Source: Octopus sinensis (lineage: Eukaryota). Taken from it: a DNA stretch of 64,000 bases. The translations under genes were made by a program, and so were the position numbers. The notes under the pieces are model-generated. The model was not told the DNA's origin, searched no databases, and worked only from the letters and a program-made list of their open reading frames with translations. The stretch is taken from assembly GCF_006345805.1 (NCBI RefSeq), contig NC_043022.1, forward strand, positions 4,278,001 to 4,342,000, in the 5' to 3' direction. Below, piece after piece: positions 1 through 11,658 of this stretch (the first letter of the stretch is position 1; every line of letters begins with the position of its first letter).

Positions 1-90
1 TATATATATACATACATGCATATATATATATATATACACATACATATATATACACATACATACACATACATATATATACACATACATATA

Positions 91-145
<55 letters not shown>

Positions 146-431
146 AATACATATATATACATACATATATATATATATACATATATATACATACATATAT
201 ATATATATACATATATATACATACATATATATATATATACATATATATACATACATATATATATATATACATATATATACATACATAATATATATATACA
301 TATATATATACATAATATATATATATATACATATATATACATACATATATATATATATATACATATATATACATACATATATATATATATATACATATAT
401 ATACATACATATATATATATATACATATATA

Positions 432-464
<33 letters not shown>
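1..464. repeat. Compound (TA)n/(CATA)n microsatellite
   Basis: Continuous TATATATACATACA-type units seen directly. Confidence 0.95.
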
Positions 465-850
465 GTCTTTATTCCTGTCTTTCCATCGTCCACCCCTCCC
501 AGCACATGGAAAAAAGGAGGCTGTTGAATTTAATATAAGCATTTGCACACACACACACACGTATATATATATATGTATGTATATGCAGTGCAACTTAACC
601 GAAAATCGATAATCAAGAAATGCAACGACGTAAGCATCTTGTTCAAAATGTAGAGGAAAAGGGAATAGATATATATAGACATACATACATATACAGTGGC
701 TGTATGCATACATGTCTCTCTCTCTCTCTCTCTCTCTCTGCTGTATACATGTATTATTACACACACACCACACACATGCGTGCGTCTGTGTGTGTGTGTG
801 TGTGTGTTAATAACAAAGTATTAAGAAGGATGTCTACGTAGAATCACAGC

Positions 851-912
<62 letters not shown>

Positions 913-1242
913 GTTCATGTGTGTGCATAAGGGATTCTAACAGCAGCTGTAATAGGAGACACACACACATACACACATGAAACGAAAATAGTTTGTGTCT
1001 GGAAATATGCAGCTAAAATATATATATATACATATATATATATATGTATTTATTATACAGATCTCTTTCTCTCTATTACTTTCAATCCACCGCTTCTGCA
1101 ATAATGCTGCTCCTTTGCTTTTGATCGATATACGCATGTACTATCCTGTCTGCATTTAAGTACACCGCGCACACACACACACACACACACATACATACAT
1201 ACATACATACATACACACACCGTACATATACACATGAATATA

Positions 1243-1659
1243 TATTTCTTTATTGCCCACAAGGGGCTAAACATAGAGGGGACAAACAAGGACAGACAAA
1301 AGGGATTAAAGTCGATTACATCGACCCCAGTGCGTAACTGGTACTTAATTTATCAACCCCGAAGGGATGAAAGGCAAAGTCGACCTCGGCGGAATTTGAA
1401 CTCAGGACGTAACGGCAGACGAAATACCTTTTTCTTTACTACCCACAAGGGGCTTAACACAGAGAGGACAAACAAGCACAGACAAACGGACTAAGTCGAT
1501 TACATCGACCCCAGTGCGTAACTGGTACTTAATTTATCGACCCCGAAGGGATGAAAGGCAAAGTCGACCTCGGCGGAATTTGAACTCAGGGCGTAATGGC
1601 AGACAAAATACGGCTAAGCACTTCGCCCGGCGCGCTAACGTTTCTGCCAGCTCGCCGCC
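1243..1659 (-). mobile_element. tRNA-derived SINE family B, dimeric copy
   Basis: Head GGCGGCGAGCTGGCAGAAACGTTAGC (A-box-like) and B-box GAGTTCAAATTCC on the minus strand; body repeated twice. Confidence 0.9.
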
Positions 1660-1762
1660 TTATATACATGAATATAGATACCAACAGAAATGCATACATG
1701 TATATTTTTGTGTGTACTGTATGTATGTATGAATAGCATGTGTATATACGTATACATACATA

Positions 1763-2035
1763 GGCGCAAGTGTGGCAGTATGATAAGAAGCTCGCTTCCC
1801 AACCCCATGGTTCCGGGTTCAGTCCCGCTGCGTTGCACCCCAGGCAAGTGTTTTCTACTATAGCGCCAGGCTGACCAAAGCCTTGGAAGTGGATTTGGTA
1901 GACGAAATCTGAAAGAAGCCAGTTATTGAGATGTGTCGTTATGTGTCCCGCCGCCCGCTGGACAACCGGCGTTGGTTGGTTTGCATCCCATTGACTTAAC
2001 CGCTCGGCAAAAGAGTTCGATAGATTACCAGGTTT
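1763..2035 (+). mobile_element. tRNA-derived SINE family A, diverged and 3'-truncated
   Basis: Head GGCGCAAGTGTGGC, B-box GGTTCAGTCCC, body matches other A copies in the window. Confidence 0.8.
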
Positions 2036-2157
2036 ATTCACACACACACATCCGATGATGATGGCTGCCCACTCGTGACTGAAGAAAACCATCATGTAAA
2101 ATGCCAGCAATGTCCGTGCACGAGGCTATTGCACCATCAGATGGTTTCTCCAGGGTC

Positions 2158-2392
2158 GGCGAGCTGGCAGAAATGTTAGCGCGTCGGGCGAAGTGCTTAG
2201 CCGTATTTTGTCTGCCATTACGTTCTGAGTTCAAATTCCGCCGAGGTCGACTTTGCCTTTCATCTTTTCGGGGTCGATAAATTAAGTACCAGTTACGCAC
2301 TGGGGTCGATGTAATCGACCTAATCCGTTTGTCTGTCCTTGTTTGTCCTCTCCGTGTTTAGACCCTTGTGGGTAGTAAAGAAATAAGAAATA
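2158..2392 (+). mobile_element. SINE family B, full length with 15-bp TSD
   Basis: GGTTTCTCCAGGGTC duplicated at 2143-2157 and 2393-2407. Confidence 0.95.
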
Positions 2393-2953
2393 GGTTTCTC
2401 CAGGGTCCGCGTCCGCGGTATCCATGCTTGGAGACCTCCTACTTGAAAGGACATCGGATAGTTCGCCTCGCCGGAAATTGCACAACCTAAAATTTCAAAT
2501 CCAATAAGGCTTGCACAACACCTTACAGGCTCTCTGCCCCCTATCAAGAGAAATGCATCGAGCAAACGTTGACAGATTGTAAAAGGGCCAAATGACGGAC
2601 CCTGCAATTAAATTATACAATTTAATTACAATTTAACTTTCGACAATCTTATGCTGTTCGAGGCTTCTAAACTGCTGACATTGTTCTATTGTCTCTAATT
2701 GTGTGCTTCTGGTTTAACAATGTTGATGTTCTTGTTGTCGTCGTTGTTTCAACAAAGGAACAGGGATCAGAAATAAATAACATCGATGGCATGGAGAAGA
2801 GAGGCTGGTATGCAGGGGCAACTGCTGGTCTTCCATAAAAATAAGCCTAGGTTGTGCGTTCGCTGGTGGAGACGACTTTCCGCCCAGACTTGTACCCCAG
2901 AGGGGAACCCATGGTCATTCGTAACCGACGGAGGAGTCCAGTTTTATATATAA

Positions 2954-3010
<57 letters not shown>

Positions 3011-3013
3011 GAA

Positions 3014-3174
3014 GGGCTTCTTTCAGATTCCGTCTACCAAATCTACTCACAAGGCTTTGGTCGGCTCGGGGCTATAGTAGAAAAAAAAACTTTTCTCAAT
3101 GTTCAACACAGTGGGACTGAACCCGGAATCGTGTGTTTGAGAAATCAAGCTTCTTACCACACAGCTACGCCTGC
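3014..3174 (-). mobile_element. SINE family A, 5' half only
   Basis: Matches head-to-microsatellite portion of family A. Confidence 0.8.
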
Positions 3175-3180
3175 ATCAAC

Positions 3181-3232
<52 letters not shown>

Positions 3233-3640
3233 AGTTGTGAATGATTAAGATGGCCACTATTCAATAAAGTACTTCACACTTGTTGAAAATGAGGAGGGGA
3301 AGAGTGTGTGCGTGCGTATCTCGAAATATCGATGCCACACCTGTTCAAGTGCTGAGAGCTTTTCTCCTTACCTGTCTGCGCTGGCTATATTGATAATATC
3401 ACCGGTGATATTGATGATATATAAAAAAAAAACACTGCACAATATTTATAAGAGTCAAATTAAGAAGGAAATACTAAGAAAATAAAAAAAAAAGAAATTG
3501 AGAAAATGACACCACTTTGCAATAAGAAGTACTAAAAAGTTACTTAGTGTCACGAGTGCTTCCCTGGGGTGTCAACTATGGATTTTGATCTCTCGATTTA
3601 CATACACACACACACACACACACACAGACACGTATATTAA

Positions 3641-4208
3641 GGCGGCGAGCTGGCAGAAACGTTGACACGCCGGGCGAAATGCTTAGCCGTATTTCGTCTG
3701 CCGTTACGTTCTGAGTTCAAATTCCGCCGAGGTCGACTTTGCCTTTCATCCGTTCATCCTTTCGAGGTCAATAAATTAAGTAATCGACTTAATCCGTTTG
3801 TCTGTCCTTGTTTGTCCCCTCTGTGTTTAGCCCCTTGTGGGTAGTAAAGAAATAGGTATTTCGTTTGCCTTTCAATCCTTTCGAGGTCGATTAAATAAGT
3901 ACCAGTTACACACTGGGGGTTGATGTAATTGACTCATTGCCCTCCCCCAAAATTGCTGCCCTATTATCATCGTCCTTAAGGCGATGAGCTGGCAGAATCG
4001 TTAGCACGCCGGCGAAATGCTTAGGGCATTTTGTCTGCCGTTACGTTCTGAGTTCAAATTCCGCTGAGGTTGACTTTGTCTTTCATCCTTTCGAGGTCGA
4101 TTAAAGAAGTACCAGTTACGCACTGGGATCGATCTAATCGACTTAATCCCTCTGTCTGTCCTTGCTTGTCCCCTCAGTGTTTAGCCCCCTGTGGGCAATA
4201 AAGAAATA
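3641..4208 (+). mobile_element. SINE family B cluster (dimer plus adjacent monomer)
   Basis: Heads at 3641 and about 3979; partial second body joined at AAAGAAATAGGTATTTCG. Confidence 0.85.
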
Positions 4209-4399
4209 AATATTCATTTCAAGAAAAGTCGACTTTGGTAACACTTGAAATTATTATTCAATTTCCGAAGAACGAATTAAAAGAAAATTCTCACCTAAGC
4301 GCCTGTTTAAAGGGTGATGGCCATCACCCCACAATGGAAGCAAAACAAAACCAAAAAGACGAAATTTTATTTCTGTATATTGTTTAAAGACTCAGGTGT

Positions 4400-4578
4400 A
4401 ACTCTTTACTCTTTTACTTGTTTCAGTCATTTGACTGCGGCCATGCTGGAGCACCGCCTTTAATCGAGCAACTCGATCCCGGGACTTATTCTATCGGTCT
4501 CTTTTGCCGAACCGCTAAGTGACGGGGACGTAAACACACCAGCATCGGTTGTCAAGCAATGCTAGGGGACAAACACAG

Positions 4579-4617
<39 letters not shown>

Positions 4618-4763
4618 CACACATACATATATACGACGGACTTCTTTCAGTTTCCGTCTACCAAATCCACTCACAAGGCTTTGGTCGGCCCGAGGCTATA
4701 GTAGAAGACACTTGCCCATGTGGTTGGTAAACAAGCTACTTACCACACAGCCACTCCTGCGCC
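4400..4763 (-). mobile_element. SINE family A
   Basis: Tail (CTCTTTTA)n, body CAGTCATTTGACTGCGGCCATGCTGGAGC, internal CA/TA microsatellite, head ending CCTGCGCC. Confidence 0.9.
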
Positions 4764-4767
4764 TATG

Positions 4768-5165
4768 TGCGCCTGTGTGGCAAGAGGTTTGCTTTCCGAC
4801 CACGTGGTTCAGGGTCTAATACTACTGTGTGACACTTTCCGCAAGTGTCGCCTGCTATAGAGTCGGTCCGACCAAAGCCTTGTAAATGGATTTGGTAGAT
4901 GGAAACTGGAAGAAGCCCATTTTATGTATACATATATTTATTTATGAGTCATTGCATCTGTGTTTGTCCCCCACCACCACTTGACAACCGGTGTTAGTGT
5001 GTTTACGTTCCCGTAACTTAGCGGTTCGGTAAAAGAGACGAACAGAATAAGTACCAGGTTTCAAAAAAAAAAAAATTAAGTATGAGGTCGACTAGAACGA
5101 CTAAAATTCTTCAAGGTATGCTCCAGCATGGCCGCAGTCAAATGAATGAAACGAGTAAAGGTAAC
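4768..5165 (+). mobile_element. SINE family A, older copy, head-to-head with previous
   Basis: Diverged match to family A along its full length. Confidence 0.8.
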
Positions 5166-5199
5166 AGATATGTCAAGTTAAAAATTAAAAAAAAAATAA

Positions 5200-5530
5200 A
5201 CTCCAAAAACTGCGCTAAACGAGGGTCGTCGTGTAAATTGAGGTGCAACTGCACTAAATTTGCAATTCAGTTGAACGACTCGACCGACATAACAAACATG
5301 GCTGAAACATTCGTCAGATGTGAAAACGGCGTACACGAGGACTTAAAAATCTTGTCTGATCTCATCTTGTATCCATGTTGTTTATATCTGCAGAGTTTCA
5401 TTTTGTCATTAAATTTTGTCAGATATAATCACGTACAACTGATTCTTTATATATATACTTATTAAATTTACCAGCAGTTAAACGGGGGGTCGCGAAGAGG
5501 TCAGGAGAGAGAAAAAAGTTTAAGAAATGT
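5200..5530 (+). mobile_element. hAT (Charlie/Buster-like) transposon remnant with transposase fragment
   Basis: 5259-5346 translates FAIQLNDSTDITNMAETFVRCENGVHEDL, resembling the F-x-[LI]-Q-L-D-E-S-T-D...FVR...ED motif of Charlie/Buster transposases; GGGGGTCGCGA...AAAAAGTTTAAGAA resembles Charlie subterminal sequence. Confidence 0.6.
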
Positions 5531-5768
5531 TTGCCAGGTTAGAAGGGAAACGACCGCATGTTTCTCTAGTTGAAGCCACCAACACGAGAAATTACGAAGA
5601 GAACTGCATCGAGCAAACGTTGACAGATTGTAAAAAGGCCAAATGGCGGACCCTGCAATTAAATTATACAATTTAATTACAATTTAACTTTCGACAATCT
5701 TATGCTGTTCGAGGCTTCTAAACTGTTGACATTGTTCTATTGTCTCTAATTGTGTGCTGCTGGTTTAA

Positions 5769-6124
5769 GTGGAGGCGCAATAGCCCAGTGGTTAGGGCAG
5801 CGGACTCGCGGTCGTAGGATCGCGGTTTCGATTCCCAGACCGGGCGTTGTGAGTGTTTATTGAGCGAAAACACGAGGCTCCGGCAGGCATGGTGGTGATC
5901 CCTGCTGTACTCTTTCACCACAACTTTCTCTCACTCTTACTTCCTGTTTCTGTTGTACATGTATTTCAAAGGGCCGGCCTTGTCACTCTCTGTGTCACGC
6001 TGAATATCCCCGAGAACTACAGTAAGGGGACACGTGTCTGTGGAGTGCTCAGCCACTTACACGTTAATTTCACGGATCAATCGGAACCCTCATCGTCGTA
6101 ACCGACGGAGTGCTTCTTCTTCTT
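5769..6124 (+). mobile_element. tRNA-derived SINE family C with 12-bp TSD
   Basis: A-box TAGCCCAGTGG, B-box-like GGTTTCGATTCCC; CTGCTGGTTTAA duplicated at 5757-5768 and 6125-6136. Confidence 0.92.
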
Positions 6125-7159
6125 CTGCTGGTTTAACAATGGTGGAAGGAACGGGTCGTTGTTGATGTTGCTTCAACAAAGCAACAGGAACCGCAGTATA
6201 GGAATTCCGAGAGATCTGAGATATGGAGACGTTACATGAAAACGGCTCCATAACTTCACGGACATAGCTCTCGCTAACTCTCCCACCTTCCACTGCCAGT
6301 TTCGCGACCATGCTTCTGGAATCATGGATGTAGTTCGGTACAGCATATAACTACGTCTTCCTTTATACATTGAACGATGCGCCTGGGAAGAGAAGCAAAA
6401 TGGTCTTTCCAAATATTCTGTTGCATTTATCCATTATGATGTTTTACTAAACAACCAGATTACATTATCAAATCATCAGAGACTGTGTAATAAACGCTTA
6501 AGGTTAAAGAATTTATCTAAATAATTTCTTGGGCCCTAATTAACGAAGAATTTAGATTCTGCTGGAACGTCGGGTCGAATGTTAAGGTTCGGTGTTTCGC
6601 CTATTACACAATCTCTGAGGATTTGATGAAGAGGAAGATATGTGAATGTAAGATATAATCATGAACAGCAGATTGATTTATTAATGAAATGCACGTGAGA
6701 ATTTGTTGAATAAACGCATAAATCTATCCCCCACCTCTTTTACACACACACACCCACACACACAGCAGGCCGTGATAAGGATTCCAATGAAGTGGCCTTC
6801 CTGAAGGTGTGAGGGGGTGACTTCTAGGATAGATTACCTGAGTAGACAGAACTGTTGTCCATGGGAGAATTTATCGCCTTGGTTATGCAAAGTTGTAAGC
6901 CGTTAGTTTAACAATTCAACTTGAATTTTAAAGAAACTCTGTCAATGAGCAACTATTAGCTATTACAACTTAAACAGTTGTTACCGCTTGGTCCCGGGTT
7001 AGCCACAGTGGCACATTCTCTGGATATGTCCCTTTATTTCTAGGGATTTTGGGTGTCCTATTTCTTGAACGTTGAGTGAGTATATTTGTGTGTAAAGGAG
7101 AGAGAACAACAGTGAGCGCGCACGGGCGTGTGTGTGTGTAGGTGTAGGCGTGATTGTTG

Positions 7160-7520
7160 GGTAAGTATCTTCCTTCTCAAACACATGGTTCCAGGTTCAG
7201 TCCCACTGCGTGGCACCTTGGGCATGTATCTTCTTGGACCGACCAAATCTTTGCAAGTGGATTTGGTAGACGGAAACTGTAAAGAAGCCCGTCGTATGTG
7301 TGTTTGTCCGCCTTGCCACTGCTTGAAGCCGGTGTTGGTGTGTTTACGTTGCCGTAACCTAGCGATTCGGCAAAAGACAACCATCAGAATAAGTACTAGG
7401 CTTTACAAAAAAAAAAAAAAAAAGGAACTGCAGCCGATTCATTCGATTAAAAACAAATTCGTCAAGGCGGTGCCCCAGCATGGCCACAGTCTAATGACTG
7501 AAACAAGTGACGGAAATAAG
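7160..7520 (+). mobile_element. SINE family A, diverged
   Basis: B-box GGTTCAGTCCC and family A body and tail. Confidence 0.8.
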
Positions 7521-8582
7521 AGACCATATCCACCCCGAGTCGCTGAATTTAAATATCCACCCAAGTGTCATTACAAGCATATTACACAGACACGTGAAGA
7601 GATGTTAACCACAGATGTTGGGATGACGAAGGCGATGGTGATGATTATGATGATATGGTGGTGGTGGTGGTGGTGGTGGTGGTGGTAACAGTGCGTCTCA
7701 AATCGCGCCGAACTCGCTCACAAACAAAAAAAAAAGCAGAAAATTGAACCGACAACGAACGAGGGGAGGGACTTTGTGTTCAAGTGCTGAGAGAGAGAGA
7801 GGGGGGGAGAGGAAGAGGAGGGAGAGGGAGCAGGACTGGTGGTGAAATAACAGCAGAGGGTCAACCCGGTGCACACTCCACTTAGCTGCTTGGTGCGAAC
7901 AAGACCTTATCCTGAGGGACTCCGGGTGGTGACAAGATTTGTAGGGTGTGGAATACTAACTAGAACAGAAGACAGGGGAACAAGTCGGGCAACAGCAGCA
8001 GCAGCGGCAGAGGGACGGGGGGGAGGGGGAGGGGGTAGAGGGACGGGGGGGAGGGAAGGAGGGACGGGTGGGTGGGCAAAGCCAGCAAGCTATACAAACG
8101 AGAGATGGGGGGGTAGGGGAACTATTTACACAGCAACAGAAGCCCAAGTCAACAAGACTCGAGCGGCGGAAAAAAAAAAAGGTTTAGAAAAGAAAATCTC
8201 AGATATCGGTGATAAAGACGACGGCTATCACATAAAAACAGCCTCTGGGGGGATACGAAGCCATGGGTTTGTGGTGATGTTATGGTAATTCTTCTGATGG
8301 TTAGGAATTCACAAACAAAGGCGGTTCAATGTTGAAACGGTGTTTTCTTCGCTATGTAGAACGTGCGCGCGCGCGCGAATGCGGGTGTGTTTTACAGGCA
8401 CCCGTCACAAGTTCTAAGGGCGGCAGGTGTCATTCCAACGTCACTTCGATGTCACTATTTGCCCGAACATAGTTTTTTTTATTAGTAGCCGGGGCTTTAT
8501 TTTATCGACACCAGGTGGGGCGATCACCGTGTCAATTTTGACAAATGTCACAATTTGAGAAGCAATTAAATCACTAAATATA

Positions 8583-9595
8583 CAGTAATACCTCACTTTA
8601 CGAGACCCCGGGTTTACGAGATTGATTTTATAATAAACTAGCAGTATCGCCCGGCGTTGCTCGGGTTTGTAAGGGAAATAACTATAAAGCATTTTTAGAG
8701 AGTTATAGCCAAAAAATAGCAAAAAATGCATTAAAAATGGGAAAAAATGATGGTAATTTTTTTTAAATCGTTGACTCATCGTAGACATTTTTAGAGAGTT
8801 ACTTCCCTTATATTTAAAAAATATGCATTAAAATGGAAAAAAATGACGGTAAATTATTTTTAAAATCATAGACTCATCGTAGACGCGCGCTAATACCCAG
8901 AAGGGCTCGATATGAAGCACGACTATAAGATACCCGCTTTTGGTTAAACTGCACCGCAAAATGTCGGAGTAGTTAGGAATCTAAATCGGAGTAGATAGAC
9001 AGCACACAACCTTACTTTTATATATAAAGATATACAAGAGTTAAAACAACCATCTACACAGAGATGGAGTAAAATGACGGCATAAAATTCCATTGCTACC
9101 ATGGGAAGTTGTTGCTCTGCTTTACGAGCTACCACGGGGGGCAAATTTACTCGTAGAACGAAGCAGTACTGTATACTTGTATAAATATACTTCTTAACAC
9201 TTCTCGTTCCTTTGGCAAAGGCCAGGCTGGAACGCCGTCTTCAACAGGCTTAGTCAATCACAACGATCCCCTAACAATGTTTGGCTGTGTGGTAAGAAGT
9301 TTGCTTCATAACTACATGGGTAGTTACATCTTTCAGGTAATTCAGTGAATAAAACCAGTTTACATATTTCTTTTGCATTCTCTTTTTTCTATAATTGTCA
9401 TTTTACTTGTAACTACACCTTTTCAGTTTTAAAACCCACAAAAAATTATCTTTGGGTGGTTTTTTTTTGTGGGCTGAAACGGATTAATTATATTTTAATT
9501 AATTTCAATGGGGGAAAATTGATTCGTAAAACGAGTAAATCGTAAAACGAGCTCAGTCAGGGAACGAATTAAACTCGTACTGCGAGGTATCACTG
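8583..9595. mobile_element. pogo/Tigger-like MITE carrying nested insertions
   Basis: TA|CAGTAATACCTCACTTTACGAG at left and CTCGTACTGCGAGGTATCACTG|TA at right form imperfect TIRs with TA flanks; a second TIR-like end near 9150-9171 makes the internal structure uncertain. Confidence 0.55.
8637..9031 (+). mobile_element. Non-autonomous Helitron-like element nested in the MITE
   Basis: Starts ACTAGCAGTATCGCCCGGCGTTGCTCGGG (terminal hairpin), ends TTTTATATATAAAGAT, has an internal direct repeat of about 97 bp; end style resembles Lep1-type rolling-circle elements (recalled). Confidence 0.5.
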
Positions 9596-9922
9596 TACAT
9601 ATATATTTGCAGGCACCGAAATCTTTTAAGAGCTTATGGCCTTTGTGGGTCTTAACCCGGTACCTGGTCCCTATATGAAATGGGGCGAGACAGCGTTTGT
9701 CATGGCTTAACCTACCTACTTCTTTTCACCTCGCTCTAGTGTAAAAAAAACTGTGATGGATTATTCGCACCACGACCACCACCACCGACCAAACACAACA
9801 GAATGATCGATCGCGGTAACTTGACAACTTCTAAACATGTTGTGGCTTGATAGAATTTCCGCTGAAATTATTCGTGTGTATTAAATTATTATATACACGA
9901 GCGCTGCGTGTGTACAAGCATG

Positions 9923-9935
9923 GAGAGAGAGAGAG

Positions 9936-10026
<91 letters not shown>

Positions 10027-10044
10027 GTGTGTGTGTGTGTGTGT
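9923..10044. repeat. (GA)n(GT)n compound microsatellite
   Basis: Seen directly. Confidence 0.95.
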
Positions 10045-10060
10045 TTTCTACCATGTACAC

Positions 10061-10585
10061 CAGGGATGGCGAAACATTTTAGAGCGGCAGGCAAAAATTT
10101 CCATCGAAAAGATGTCCGTGGGCGGATCACAGGTTCCGACTCTTATATCTGTGCAAATCCTGTATATATCTATGTATTATAATTCGATATACATTAATAA
10201 AGAGCAATTTAACACATTAAATTAACGCCTAACATCTTCAATAACGCCGCCACTGAATTTAGGACGTCTATATTACTTATGAGGTATTCTATATTCTTCA
10301 TCTAGAGTGTAGTTGGGTGTCAAGGGGGTGGTACAAACCTAGCAATAGGCGTTTTGTAGTGAAAACAAAATTTCCATTCAAATGGCAATTGCCGGACGAT
10401 TTCTGACCATTTTAAGTCGTAGCGGAAACGTGACCTATGTCGCAAATAGGTACACGAGTATTGAATAATTTTTATAATTGAAAAATTTACTATATTTTGT
10501 ACATACGAGTATATCGGCCTGTGGGCGCAATAAAATGGGCTTAAGGGCGCAATTGCGCCGGCGAGCGGGGTTTCTCCCATCCCTT
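10061..10585. mobile_element. hAT MITE with 8-bp TSD
   Basis: Ends CAGGGATGGCGAAAC / GTTTCTCCCATCCCTT; flanks ATGTACAC (10053-10060) and GTGTACAC (10586-10593) with central TA, as expected for Buster-type targets. Confidence 0.75.
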
Positions 10586-11081
10586 GTGTACACAAACAAC
10601 CTTAACAAGCGACTAAGAAATAATTTGCGTTCTTCTTGTGTTCAAAAGTGAGGCAATAACATCAAAGAGCCACTGAAACCACAACTTGTCAAATCCACTT
10701 CTTCAGATGTCAACATTTTCGTCGCAGCGCTGTGACCAAGTCACTGAAGTGATGAATAAATAGTCGATTTAGCAGGAAGTTTTCGTTGTTGATTATAACT
10801 GGTGCAAATGCCTCTTTCACGATATTTAATATCGACTTTCTATTTATCTATCTCTTCATGGGGCTGAATCAAACTGTTTTAACTCCTAATAAATCTGTTG
10901 AGTCTCTCTCTCTCTCTCTCGTTTGTCCGGTCATCCGTACACACACACACACACACAAGCAAGCACCTAAGAGCAAAACAAGGTGAGTAAAAAGTACTTG
11001 AATATAAAAGGCAGAGTAATACAGTGTTAATCAAGTTGGTGAAAATTTTTTCGGCTTTAATAAAATATGTGTGTGTGTGTA

Positions 11082-11410
11082 GCCCTCCTTCGGTTATGAA
11101 TGACCATGGATTGCATCTAGAAAGTTCCCCTCCAAGGCACAAGTTCGGGCAAGGTTGTTTTATGGAAGACCAGCAGTCACCCATGCATACCAGCCTCTCC
11201 TCTCCACATCACCGATGTCATCCAAGGGAAAGGCAAAGGCCATGATACAGCTTGGCACCTGTGACGTCACAACTCATTTCTACATCTGAGTGAACTGGAG
11301 CAACGTGAAATAAAGTGTCTTGCTCAAGAACACAACACACAGCCTGATCCAGGAATTGAACTCATTACCTCATGATTGAGAGCCTGGTGCTCTAGCCACT
11401 GAGCCATGCG
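11082..11410 (-). mobile_element. tRNA-derived SINE family D
   Basis: Head GCGCATGGCTCAGTGG, B-box GAGTTCAATTCC, central TTGAGCAAGACACTT...TGCTCCAGTTCACTCAGATGT block. Confidence 0.88.
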
Positions 11411-11426
11411 CCCCCCTCTCTCTCTC

Positions 11427-11477
<51 letters not shown>

Positions 11478-11494
11478 CACACAAAACACACAGA

Positions 11495-11658
11495 GGACGG
11501 GCTTTTTTCAGTTTCTGTCTACCAAATTCACTTAAGAGATTTTGGTCGACCCGGGGCTATAGTAGGAGACATTTGCCCAAGCTATCATGCAGTGGGACTG
11601 AACCCGAAACCATGTGTTTGAGAAGCGAACTTCTTACCACTCAGCCGCGCCTGCGCCT
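11495..11658 (-). mobile_element. SINE family A, 5' half only
   Basis: Matches family A head region. Confidence 0.8.

Noticed and set aside
3372-3434. Possible 63-nt minus-strand exon with CAG|GTAAGG donor and an 18-bp palindrome (3395-3412)
   Set aside because: Stop codon in the frame required after the BAH exon; no similarity to RERE.
3342-7793. Identical 17-mer TGTTCAAGTGCTGAGAG at 3342 and 7777 containing an NK2-type TCAAGTG site
   Set aside because: One 17-mer match within 64 kb is not clearly beyond chance, and part of it is GA-repeat-like.
10690-10770. Minus-strand FIHHFSDLVTALRRKC resembling RERE ALRGKCNISHFSD
   Set aside because: Motif order is reversed, an in-frame stop follows and there are no splice sites; coincidental.
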